A program made the translations under genes and the position numbers. Under the pieces are notes generated by a model. The model had not been told where the DNA came from and did no database searches. It saw nothing but the letters and a program-made list of their open reading frames with translations. A DNA stretch of 64,000 nucleotides from Eledone cirrhosa (lineage: Eukaryota): positions 154,876,001-154,940,000 of the forward strand of contig OZ024740.1 of NCBI GenBank assembly GCA_964016885.1, read 5' to 3'. Shown piece after piece: positions 40,901 to 53,084 of this stretch (positions within the stretch are counted from its first letter, which is position 1; each line of letters starts with the position of its first letter).

Positions 40901-41089
40901 GTTTAGAAAAATACAGAGGTATATTTGTAGATGTTATTTAAATCGTAAGCACATTGTCTGTGTATCTAATTTTATTGTCAAGACGTAGATCGATCAGAGG
41001 CCATGATATACATCAGCTGTCTAAGATGCCATACAGTGACATCGAAAACCAGATCTCATCATTGCGAAGTTCCTACTGCTGCTGCTGTT

Positions 41090-44000
41090 TCTCATATTAT
41101 TAGTAGTAGTAGTAGTATTGGTATTAGTATGTGCTATTTCGGAAAGGCCTGTATCTTGCGATACAGACCATCTTTCTGGATCCAGAAGGTAAGTTGGTGG
41201 TGTTGGATGTGACCAGCAGCGAATGCTATGCTTTTAGGCTAGTGGCTGCCTATACCCCGATAGGAGCATGACGGCCTTGAGACCTTTCAAGGAACGTCCT
41301 GCATTTGAGTATTAGTGGAGGACTGGAACGGTATTTTGGATGCATGCTGGGACTGTATGGGACTAGTAGATAAGGGAGAAGGGTGTAAAAACCTCACTAC
41401 TCTACTCAGACGCTTCCAACTGTCTGACAGGTAGCGACAAAATTTCCTGAATGTGCCCATGTGGACAAACCGCATCGGGTCATCCAGATCGTACTTATAT
41501 AGGGTATTCTGTAGGGAAATAGATATCTCTAGTATATGTTGTCCACAAATTAAAATTAGTCGACTACACATACCATAAATTTGTGATCTGTGTGGTCAAT
41601 CTAGATAAGCTTCATAAACATAGACCTGGTTACGGGAAGCTAAACGCGTCATTCCCGGCGCGCAAAGACTACAAAGACCGGATTAGTAAATTACTTAAGC
41701 GAGCATTGATGGTAGCAATCGTCAACAACAAATGGTGGTTCACCTTAAAAAGGGCTATTAGAACAGAATTGATAAGGTTTAGTAAGGCTGTATCGATAGA
41801 GAAAACTATAGTAGAGGGAAATCTAGTTAGAAAACTAAAAGAGGCACTTACTAAAGGCATCACAGCCAATGTGCTAGCGGTGAGGTTGACCCTGGACTAA
41901 TTCATCAACGCTAAGCACGAAGACTGCGTTGTCAGAGCTAACGCGCATGATCTTAGACACGAGGGGACGAAAGTCGTTCAATGGACCGGAGTGGCGGAGG
42001 CAAGGCGTGGAAAAGCTGGCGGACCACGACGAGCGCATAGTACATGATCCCAAGCAGATGTGTAAGGTTTTTCAGCGATACTTCACTCAAATGTTCGGGA
42101 GCGGTAGCGGGTCTGATCGAGGGATGGATTTCAGAGCCTTCCTCGATGGCCTACAGAGGGACCGAGAGTGTCACAAAAAAGTGATAACAGCCGAGGAAAT
42201 ATGGGACAATGGCTAGCTGTACGAGGGGAAAATCTCCTGGCTTAGATTGTCTGCCCTCGAACTTATAGCGGTGAACTGGGCTGTATGAATGTAACAAGGA
42301 GACATGGTTTGTGTGTTTAATATTGAATCAACAATTTAACAGTATAGTTGACATGTCCATGAATAAACGAAAGAATGAAGCAAAGTTAGTAGTTACCGTT
42401 TTGATTGCCAGGCAAACGCGGCTGGCAGAAGACGCCTGGCGAAGGCCAGGCGCCGGAAGGGCAAATGAGAGAGTGAGAACTTAAAGTTGTTAGTTTTATA
42501 GGGTTCTGACCGGAAGTTACAGAGAGGGTTCTACTTCCTGTCTAGATGGTGTTAATCTATTGGGGTTGTGAGTGTCACAATTGAGGCAACTGCTACATAA
42601 CCTCCCGCCAGAATTTTAGAATATAAAAATCGAATGAAATATGTAGCAAGTTGGCGAGAATGTTGTAACAGGCATGAAAATTACGACAAAAGAATGTTTG
42701 CAAAAATCGATGATAGATATCAAGGTAGCCAACCGCTCTTGGCCAGAGAACGACTGGACATCTATCTATCCATCACCCAAAGATACAATGTAATAAAGTA
42801 AGAGAAGAGCTCAAAGTTCAAATGTACAAAATATAGTTCACAGGTGTGCAATCACATGACAGCAGGAAAGAAAGTGTGTTCCAGAGAATGAATGCAGGTG
42901 GTTTCTGTTCTGTGGTATATCGTTAAATTTCCAACCTCCGAATGGATTTTCTCACAGGAAGAGAGCTGCAAAAATAAATTCTCTGGCTTGTTCTGCTGGT
43001 TTTGGTTGTTGGTGAAGCTGTGTTGCTGTTGATGTTGTTATCTCGCTGAGTGAGCGTATTCGGTGTTTAAATTCACAGTAAAAAAAAAAAAATTTCAGAA
43101 AAAATGAGTTGCGCAAAGTGCTAGAAATAACAGCCGAAGTTGATGGTCAATGTTGAGAATGCGTGGACCTGGAAGGGTCAAGAGGCCAGCGACCAAAGAA
43201 ATAAGCATTCTGAATAAATGCGCAGTTTTCAACGGCAAATTTACGTGGTAAATTTTTAAACCGGCAAATAGGAGAATATAGCTTAAGGCTGAAGAATTCT
43301 TGGCGAGAAACGTTATCTCTGGCGTGCGGCTATCTCTGTGAGTCGAGATATCTCCGTGAGTTGAGAATTTGTGCTGCCTACACGTGCCAATACAAGGTTA
43401 AGTTAGGTTGAAAAAATAATATTTCTAACGCGCGAGAAAATGATAGTGCAAGTGTGAAAGTGACAATGATGAAAAAGAAAGGCTTCACTTAGCATAATTA
43501 TTGGTGTGAACTTTGGAGAAAAAAAAACTTGAACGATGAAGAAAACGATGAAAAAAAAAAGGCAATGGTTCATCGAAAATAAATGTTCCTGTTGAAATGT
43601 TTTTTAAAAAAAAATATCAAATTTCTTTTTTTTTTTTTTTTTGAAAGTGTTCGTTGTAAGAAACGAGAAACATATATATATCGTGAAATGCGACAGTTAG
43701 TTGATGCGTGAGAGAAAAAGTCTGTCTGAACGCGAATTTCACATGTGCGTGGTGTGTTCGTTTCTTGGAGAAACATATATATATATATACAGCAAACTGC
43801 GACAGTTAGTGGATGCGTGAGGGAAAAAGAGTGTCTGCACGAAAGTTTCACATGTGCGTGTGTGCGTTTCTTTGACTGAGTATTTTCATAGTTTGTCAAT
43901 AAATTTGCTGTGTATTCGTAATGTTACTCACACAACACCAGATTCTGCTATTTTTTTCTTTTTTCGGGGTGACCACTTATAACAATGAACGGCTGCGTGT

Positions 44001-44830
44001 TCGTATCACGTCAGGGTTACCAATGTAACGGAGAACTGGGTTGTATGAATGTAACAAGGAGACATGGTTAGTGTGTATAATATTTAATCAACAATCATGG
44101 ATATATATAGAACAGTATAGTTGACATGTCAAAGAAATAGATGAAAGAATGAAGCAAAGTTAGTAGTTACCGTTTTGATTGCCAGGCAAACGCGGTTGGC
44201 AGAAGACGCCTGGCGAAGGCCAGGCGCCGGAAGGGCAAATGAGAGAGTGAGAACTTAAAGTTGTTAGTTTTATAGGGAGTTACAGAGAGGGTTCTACTTC
44301 CTGTCTAGATGGTGTTAATCTATTGGGGTTGTGAGTGTCACAACAAGGGAGGCAACTGCTACAAACTTTACACAAACATATCAGACTTGTTCAGCAACAT
44401 CCTAGCGGACGTCTACGCCAACTGGCAGCAGAACGGGAGAATTTCCAGTTCTGTGAGTCGAAGAGCAGTAGCACTGCTGAGAAAGGACCCAAAGGGTGGG
44501 GGGCATATAAACAATTTCAGGCCCATAACTTTGCTAAATGCAGAGTTTAAAATTTTGGCTAAGTTGTTAGAGACGAGGTTGGTGCTTGTCGTCTGTAGTC
44601 TGATAAGAGAGGCACAAACATGCAGCCAGGGTAACCATGGCTTTTTTGTGGGCTTTCTCCACGAGTGACCCTTGGAAGTCCCCCACCCCACCCCTATTGG
44701 GGAATTTTTCCTTGTTTCTTTTTTGTTACATCCTCTGTTTTTGTTTTTTACACTCAGAAATGTCCATTTGTACTGTCCTGTATTGTCCTGTGTTGTCCTT
44801 AATGTTATAATTTGTGTCAACCCTTGTTGT
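41090..44830 (+). mobile_element. Degenerate Tx1/L1-clade LINE (EN and RT start, internally deleted), split by an LTR element
   Basis: DPEGKLVVLD, GDWNGILD (APE); GKSPGLD...|ELY...NFRPITLLNAEFKILAKLL continues across the LTR insertion. Confidence 0.82.
42264..44363 (-). mobile_element. Small non-autonomous LTR retrotransposon (Gypsy-like / TRIM-like)
   Basis: LTRs 42264-42597 and 44024-44363 (TG...CA); 4-bp TSD AACT; tRNA-Trp PBS at 43991-44022; purine tract GGCGGGAGG before the left LTR; no intact ORF. Confidence 0.9.
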
Positions 44831-44837
44831 CAATTAT

Positions 44838-45020
44838 TTGGCAGTATCGGTGGAGGGTCGGACGCCATGCTTTCAAGCATAGTTAAGTCTCTTTACGGTC
44901 TGAGTTCAAATCCTGCCGAGGTCAACTTTGCCTTTCATCCTTACGGGGTCGATAAAATAAAGCACCAGTAATACACTGAGATAATTGCTGGCCTTGTGCC
45001 AAAAGTAGAAACAATTATTA
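44838..45020 (+). mobile_element. tRNA-like SINE (OK-like family)
   Basis: GAGTTCAAATCCTGCCGAGGTCAACTTTGCCTTTCATCCTTACGGGGTCGATAAAATAAAG; multiple copies in the window. Confidence 0.8.
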
Positions 45021-45399
45021 TTGACTCCTGGCATAAAAGCCACGCTTTACATCGGCTCCGGTAAAAATTTGTATATTTATTGTTATTTTGACCGTCTCTA
45101 ATCTTTTGTTCGAATTTTAAACTTGGCAAAAGTTTAGAGCAACTGACCTGCGAGAAACAGGCCAGTTGTGTTGATACAACCCCCTCCTCCCCCAGACGGG
45201 TGTCGACTTCGTTAATTTTGTCTATTTAAAAAATGTTGAAAAGTTATAAACATGAATTCACAGACAGGGGGTGGAGAACGCAGTGAAATGTTTCAAATAG
45301 TGAGAGAGTCGTTGTCACAAACTGAAACTAACAAATGAGGAAGACAGCGTCTTTATAATGGAGACAGATTTTAAAGAAAGACAAAACCATATTATTTTA

Positions 45400-45585
45400 A
45401 ATAATTGTTTCTACTTTTGGCACAAGGCCAGCAATTATCCCAGTAGATTACTGGTACTTTTTTTATCGACCCCGTAAGGATGAAAGGCAAAGTTAACCTC
45501 GGCGGGATTTGAACTCAGACTATAAAGAGGCGCAACTCTATGCTGCAAAGCATGGCGTCCGACCTTCTACCGATACTGTCAATTC
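45400..45585 (-). mobile_element. SINE, same family, inverted relative to 44838-45020
   Basis: Reverse-complement homology. Confidence 0.8.
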
Positions 45586-45599
45586 CCCATATGGTTTCA

Positions 45600-45860
45600 A
45601 ACAATCAAAAGGATAATGAAAACAAATCCAACAGCAACAACAACAAAAACAATTAAAAAGACAACAGCAGCGATGAGATCGGGAGAAACAATAATAAAAA
45701 CGACAGCATCAACGGCAATAAGAGCAGCAACAGCAACAGTGACAACAAAACAATGGAAATGACAGCGATAAAAGTGGAAACAAAAACAAACACAACAACG
45801 ATGGGATCGAGAGACAATAACAATGAAAACAACAGCAACAACAAGTCAACCAACAAATCT
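45600..45860. repeat. Degenerate (AAC)n low-complexity tract
   Basis: Direct observation. Confidence 0.8.
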
Positions 45861-45864
45861 ACAA

Positions 45865-46070
45865 ATAATGGTTTCTTATATAGGCACAAGGCCAGCAGTT
45901 TGGGGGGAGGGGAAGGTCGATTAAATCGTGCGTGACTGGTACTTTATTTTATCGACCCCATAAGGATGAAAGGCAAAGTTAACCTCGGCGTGATTTGAAC
46001 TCAGATCAAAATGGGCCGTAACTCTATGCTGAAAAGCATGGCGTCCGACCCTCTACCGATACTGCCAATC
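45865..46070 (-). mobile_element. SINE, same family
   Basis: TACTTTATTTTATCGACCCCATAAGGATGAAAGGCAAAG...GATACTGCCAA. Confidence 0.78.
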
Positions 46071-46559
46071 CTACAAATAATGTCAGCACTGCCAAATATT
46101 TTGCTAGTGTTACCAAGTTAGTGACCTGCGACCTCGCAGAGAAGACAATAGATAAATTCTCCTGGTAGTAGGATTTACGGCACCAGTTCTATGTAGAAGA
46201 TATTCTTGGGCCATATATTATCTATCAAAAAATAACTAGCGGTCATTGTAAAGAAGCTGTCCTGTGGTCCTAACTCGCACAGTTCACTGCCACTTTGCTT
46301 GTACAACACAACCTCACCACATAAGAGTTTACTACTACCTCTACTGGTACATACTGTCTGACTACAACTTGACATTTTTTAAGGAATCATTGCATGCTAA
46401 ATAAAGAGACTCTCGCACAACAAAGAAGCCTTCTTGAACACTATATTCATTTGTGAATACTATAATCAAACATATTTACAATTCGAAGTAATCATATTTT
46501 TTTTCCTTTTTGTTGAAGTGAAGTAAAGATATGTTTCTTTTATTTGCCACCAGGGCATC

Positions 46560-47150
46560 AAAAGTGGGACAAGTACAATGGTTTCCTCGTCGCACACGCA
46601 TCTGGGACAGATCTTTTTCGAGGGGTCCCTACTCGGGCGCCCGTGTCTGTAGAGCCTTTCTCGAACGGGCAGAGCCCTTCTGTAGCATTGCCAGGCCAGG
46701 GACCTCTGGAAGTTATCCATGGGTCCCGGGCTGAATGTCCTACCGAACAGGTTGGCCAGTTCGTCTTCCTCCATGCCTAGGGCTTCTCCGAGGGCGTCGT
46801 CGCACCTGCTAACCACCAGCCCTCTATAGAATGACGAGGTGGATTCTCCACTGACAGCCGGGTCCGCCTGCCAGAGAGCCGTGAGTGCCTGGGCACACTC
46901 GGTGTGCCAGGCGCCCAGTTTTCTCGGTCTTTGCTTGACCCAGGATTGCAGCTCGGTGAGTGAGACGAGTCTGGGAAAGGCTCGCCTCACAAACGGGGCC
47001 CACACCGGTTGACCGGAGAGGAATACCTGAAGGTGCCGTAGCCTTAATGCGTGTTTACGTATCATTAGCCACGGCAACCCCAGCCCTCCTTTCGAAGGGT
47101 GTTGAGAGCAGATGGATCTCCTCACCATAGGAGCCCGCTTCTTCCAAAGG
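46560..47150 (-). mobile_element. Tx1/L1-clade LINE internal fragment
   Basis: ORF 46466-47128: KGGLGLP...ALPVRERL...CPRCVCDEETI. Confidence 0.78.
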
Positions 47151-47334
47151 TAAAGTGAAGTAAAGATATATATTCAACCAGAATTGTTGGTATTTGTCAT
47201 GTTTGTCATTTTCATCAACTCATAAAACTTCGTTTCAGACGAATCTGAGGCTATGGTAAATAAATTCCATGTAATGACTGCGAAGGCGAACCTATTAACT
47301 ATTCGGACATGCGTCTATTCTTCCGTGAATATTG

Positions 47335-47401
<67 letters not shown>

Positions 47402-47516
47402 TAGCTGACCCGTCCAGCTGGTGCCATTGGCGTGTTCTACGGCATCCATATATATATATATATATAGCTGACGTACCTAGCTTCGCTTGGATAAACAGAC
47501 GATAAGCCGTCTGTGT

Positions 47517-47930
47517 AGTATTACTGTTGAAAATATATAGTATAGTATAGTATTACTGTTGAAAATATATAGTATTACTGTTGAAAATATATAGTATTAC
47601 TGTTGAAAATATATAGTATTACTGTTGAAAATATATAGTATTACTGTTGAAAATATATAGTATTACTGTTCAAAATATATAGTATTACTGTTGAAAACAT
47701 ATAGTATTACTGTTGAAAACATAGTATTACTGTTGAAAATATATATAGTACAGTATTACTGTTGAAAATATGTAATATAGTATTACTGTTGAAAATATAT
47801 AGTATAATATTACTGTTGAAAACATATAGTATTACTGTTGAAAACATATAGTATTACTGTTGAAAATATATCGTATAGTACAGTATTACTGTTGAAAATA
47901 TATAGTATTACTGTTGAAAATATATAGTAC
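47517..47930. repeat. 22-bp minisatellite ATATAGTATTACTGTTGAAAAT (also at 48883-49170 and 50255-50400)
   Basis: Direct observation. Confidence 0.95.
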
Positions 47931-48519
47931 TAGCAGTGGTACTCGGCGTTGCACGGGATAGGGTTTTTTTGAACGCGGGCCAACAGACCTAATCGTGGAA
48001 AAACTGCATGCCTGGACAATATGTAAAGAAAATAAACCGAATACTCTGATGGCTGGATAATTTTTAAGATTTTCCTCGATGAAGTAGGAAAAATGCAGGT
48101 TTTCACCTAATGCGGGCCCTAGGGATCAAGAAAATGAATTTTTTTATATGCATAATATGCCTTGAAATTTCGGGAAAATTGGCTATACGTAACGCCTCAA
48201 AAAAGCCCTAAAAAGCTTTTAAAATGAAGTTTTTCACCTAATGCGGGCCCTAGGCCATAAAAAAGTTGGGTTTCCTTTGCTCACAATATGAAGAAGAGAC
48301 TGACTAATACATAATTACAATTTCAAGGAAATCGGTCTGACATAACGCCTCAAAAGAACCCTAAAAACCTGAAAAAACGCAGTTTTTTACCTAATGCGGG
48401 CCCTAGGGGATCAAAAAGTTGAATTTTTTAAGTGCATAACACTTCTTGAAACATAAGTAATACACATGTAAAGTTTGAAAAAGGTCGGTTGGGTACTTCT
48501 CGAGTTTTAGGGATTCAAA

Positions 48520-48576
<57 letters not shown>

Positions 48577-48881
48577 CCTCAGGGAAGTGACGTAATGCAG
48601 ACAGTCAGACATACATACAGATATTATAAGGGCGTGATGTTATATGTATGTATCTATCTAAAAAGAGAAAGACTAAGAATTATAGAGAAAGATTGCTAAA
48701 TCGCCTAATGCGGTCCCTAGGGCATTGAAAATTTGAAATTCTTTTTGCTCAGAAGACTCCCTGAAACAAGTATTATATGTGTAAAGTTTGAAAACAGTAG
48801 ATTGGGTGTTTCTCGACTTTTAGGGATTCAAACTCACACACACACATACAGACAGACAGACATCCTCAGTTTTATATATAG
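47930..48881 (-). mobile_element. Nested non-autonomous Helitron
   Basis: Minus strand: TATATATAAAACTGAGGATGTCTGTCTG 5' end; CCCGtgcaacgcCGAG hairpin plus CTAG|T 3' end; four internal CCTAATGCGGGCCCTAGG repeats. Confidence 0.75.
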
Positions 48882-49530
48882 CGATTACTGTTCAAAATAT
48901 ATAGTATAGTATCACTGTTGAAAATATATAGTACAGTATTACTGTTTAAAATATATTATATAGTATAGTATTACCGTTGAAAATATATAGTATAGTATAG
49001 TATAGTATAGTATAGTATAGTATTACTGTTGAAAATATATAGTACAGTATTACTGTTGAAAATATATAGTATAGTATGACTGTTGAAAATATATAGTATA
49101 GCATGACTGTTGAATACATATAGTATAGTATAACTGTTGAAAATATATAGTATAGTATTACTGTTGAAATATGTACACGAATATATAATTATATATATAT
49201 AATTAATGAAAAGTTGGTTAGAAGCGAAGTCAATGCAGACAGGCAGCCAGACAGAGAGATATTATAAGGGCGCGACGTTATAGCTATGTATCTATCTAAA
49301 AAGATGAGTAAGAAAGAGAGAGGAATGTCGTATTATATATATTATATATAATAAAGTACCAGTAATGTACTGGGATAATTGCTGGCCTTGTGCCAAAAGT
49401 AGAACAATTATACTTCTTTTTTATACAACTGTAAATAACATGTTTATTTATGTATATATACGTATATATACGTATAAAGGAATGCTGTAATAAAATGTAC
49501 AAATTAAACTGTCTCTTATTTATGATCCTA

Positions 49531-49605
<75 letters not shown>

Positions 49606-49888
49606 TATGTTTATATACATTTTTTTCTTCTAACTTTAATTTTATACGTAATTGTGTATGGTTGACGATATATTTAATCGATTTCCACGTGCTATTGAAA
49701 TGGTGGGTAAATATTCTATAGCTGTTGATCGCGAATAGATGGCTGTCGTTTATTTATCTATTATTTCTTCATAGGTGCCTTTTAATCTTATAGCCTGGTT
49801 TAATTGGTTTTTTGTGTGGTTGATTATGCTGATTGGGAGATGAGATGGTGTATATCTTATCAAATGATTCTATGGACATACTTTATTG

Positions 49889-49920
<32 letters not shown>

Positions 49921-50254
49921 GCGAAGTCAATGGTTTTCGTAATGCAGACAGTCAGACATACAGACAGATATTATCGGGGCGCGACGTTATAGCTATGTAT
50001 CTATCTAAAAAGACAGACTAAGAAAGAGACAGAACGCTAACCGGAAGTATTGACATTTGAACATTTTAAAGAAGTGAATATTTAAATAAACAATAAAATA
50101 TCTTTAATCTTTTAACTAAATTTAGTAGACAAAAATACCATCACTTTCTGACTTGGAAAAAGTTACATCTATGGTGCAATTTTGGTGCTGTTTGGTCCAG
50201 CCGTTTGGCGAAAAGTTTGTTACATACATACGGCCGCCAGCTTTATAATATAGA

Positions 50255-50733
50255 TAGTATAGTATTAATGTTGAAAATATATAGTACAGTATTACTGTTA
50301 AAAATATATAGTACAGTACAGTATTACTGTTGAAAAGCTATAGTGTAGTTCAGTATTACTGTTGAAAATATGTAGTATAGTATTACTGTTGAAAATATGT
50401 ACACGGATATATAATTATATATATATATATAATTAAAAGTTGGTTAGAAGCGAAGTCAATGCAGACAGGCAGCCAGACAGAGAGATATTATAAGGGCGCG
50501 ACGTTATAGCTATGTATCTATCTAAAAAGATGAGTAAGAAAAAGAGAGGAATGTCATATGTATAATAAAGTACCAGTAATGTACTGGATATTTACTGGCC
50601 TTGTGCCAAAGTAGAAACAATTATACTTCTGTTTTATACAACGTAAATAACATGTGTATGTATGTATATATACGTATAAAGGAATGCTGTAATAAAATGT
50701 ACAAATTAAACTGTCTCTTATTTATGATACTAA

Positions 50734-50785
<52 letters not shown>

Positions 50786-51030
50786 AGATAGCGAAGTCAA
50801 TGTACAGAATGGTTTTCATAATGCAGACAGCCAGACATACAGAGACATATTATACGGGCGCGACGTTATAGCTATGTATCTATCTAAAGAGACAGACTAA
50901 GAAAGAGAGAGGAATGTTGTATAAGTGATCGCTAACCGGAAGTGTTGACATTCGAAAATTTTAAAGAAGTGAATATTTAAATAAACAATAAAATATATTT
51001 AATCTTTTAACGAAATTTAGTAGATAAAAC
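50255..51030. repeat. Diverged direct duplication of ~48990-50135
   Basis: Shared AAAAGTTGGTTAGAAGCGAAGTCAATGCAGAC, AAGGAATGCTGTAATAAAATG and GCTAACCGGAAGT blocks. Confidence 0.85.
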
Positions 51031-51054
51031 AAATATATATATATATATATATAT

Positions 51055-51096
<42 letters not shown>

Positions 51097-51234
51097 TGAA
51101 AGGTAAACAGAAATAACAACACAATCGGTACAGTATATGGAAGGTATATATTAGGTTAGCGCTTGATATAGCAGGAAAAAAAATATATATATATATAAAG
51201 AAGAAAATTAAAAGATAGTTTAAAAAGTTCCATA

Positions 51235-51301
51235 TATTTTATTATGCGCATTTCGAAAACATCATCCTGGGACAAAAATTGTGTTCTCATCGGATAAAAT
51301 A
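51235..51301 (-). ncRNA. Type I hammerhead with CCGAUGA core and palindromic stem III
   Basis: TATTTTAT-CCGATGA-gaacaca...tgttttc-GAAA-tgcgca-TA-ATAAAATA. Confidence 0.8.
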
Positions 51302-52151
51302 AGGTAACATGATATGAGGCCTAAAAACACTTGTCAATAAGAAAGTTGTCAACATATGACAAAAATATACGAGTAAGAGAAAAATAGGAAATATATATAA
51401 AAAAGAAAGAAGGGAAAAGGAAAAAGAAATAGAAGAGAAGAAAGGAGAAAAAAAGGAAGAAAGAAAGAAGGAAGAGAGAGAGAGAGAGAGACTTTTTATC
51501 CGGAACGCTGTCAAAATGTAAACAGCTGTAAGTAACGGCTAAAAAATAAATTGATGAGGTGTATGTGCGAATATTATAGATGGTATTCAAATATTAGAGG
51601 TCTAAAATATACAAACTAGGTATATTATTTTATATTGGGTTAAAATACTTAAAATTTGGATTAAGAAGTGTAAAAATGTATTAATAAAATAGAAAATAAT
51701 AAAATTAAATTAAATTAAATTAAAATAATTATAAAAAAGGTTTTTAAAAAAATAAAATAAAATAAAATAAGATAGAATAAAAATAAGAATAGTTTATCTA
51801 TGTCAAAATTAAAAATTTCTATTAAAAATCTATATATGTGGGGTATACTATTTAATTATTATTTTATATCAACAAGTAAAATAAAGGAAATTGCTAGAAT
51901 GATTTATAAACGTAGAAAAACATATGACGTCATAGTTTGTTTACAAAATCTACGAAGGTTTGAACGAAAATTTAAGGCTATAGAGAAAAAGGTGAAACAC
52001 TTAAACTATACTGGGAGAAATGAATTAATACTTTGTAAAATATAATGAAATATGTGTGAAAAAAAATGTGTGAAGAAAATATATGTGTAAAAGAAATATA
52101 TGTGTAAAAAATATATATATGTGTGAAAAATTAACCGTTATTCATGGAATG

Positions 52152-52880
52152 TTATAGGACGTTAGCTATATACTTTGTTGAGGTCTTGAAGGATTTATGA
52201 TTACAGAGAGCAAATAAATCTGTACGTCTATTTATTATAGAGTTGAAATTCGAGATAATGGTAAATTTTTCAGCTAGACATAAATTACAAACACTAGATA
52301 TGGAAGCATTGGAGTATGGAGAAGCATTGCAGATTTTACGCCAAGAAATTTCGTAATTAATGTTTTTGTCTTTTAAGGACCAAATAAGTTCTGAGAGTGC
52401 GGTGTTGGTCCTTTTAAGTGGATATTTAAATGTAGAAGAATGATTATAGAGTCTTGCTTTAAAAGAGGTAGAAGTAGACCCAATGTAGGTATATGTATTA
52501 GTACTAGTTACCACTTTACATTCGTATATTAGGTTTTTATCGAGACAGAAATTACTAAGAGGACAATTAGTCCTAATAGGGCAGTTGCATTTACGATTAA
52601 GATTATTAACAGAGTTATTTGCAAGTGACCCAGGATTAATTATATTAAGAACTGGAGTGGTGGAATTAGCTAAAGGAGGTGCTAAAGTTTCCAGATTTAC
52701 ATTACTATTCGAAGCATTCCTCAAAGTTAGATTTGACGTCGTATTTATATTAGAGTTATTTTGCCTAGAGTTTAAATTGACGTCGGGCCTAACAGTGTTA
52801 TTATTATAACTCTCATGGTTGGATGCATATGAGTTATTATTTAATATTTTAGAATTGTCTTGAGATAATTTTAGAAATGT
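52152..52880 (-). pseudogene. Hydra-PLE Asn-rich linker + GIY-YIG endonuclease (open frame, 5'-truncated)
   Basis: CNCPIRTNCPLSNFCLDKNLIY...TYIGSTSTSFKARLYNH...CNLCLAEK...CNH. Confidence 0.9.
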
Positions 52881-52943
52881 TGGAAGTAGTGGAATATGAG
52901 AATTTAATGGTATGCTTATTGAAGATCTTACTATATATATATG

Positions 52944-52976
<33 letters not shown>

Positions 52977-53084
52977 TAAGTATACTTTTGAGATACACAA
53001 AGCTGTCCACCCCTCACGAAAATGGCTGGCTCCACATACACTTTCCCAGCTGGTGGCGTGTACGTGATCTTTATCTTTTTTATA

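Larger units (their letters stand above)
47465..50254 (-). mobile_element. Non-autonomous Helitron-like element carrying a 22-bp minisatellite
   Basis: Minus-strand 5' end TCTATATTATAAAG at 50254; degenerate hairpin/CTA 3' end near 47465-47490. Confidence 0.55.
51090..52930 (-). mobile_element. 5'-truncated Hydra-clade PLE
   Basis: GIY-YIG ORF, AT-rich 3'UTR and terminal HHR. Confidence 0.85.

Noticed and set aside
47517-47930. CRISPR-like array (also considered for 60402-61166)
   Set aside because: Head-to-tail repeats without unique spacers, no cas genes, eukaryotic context.
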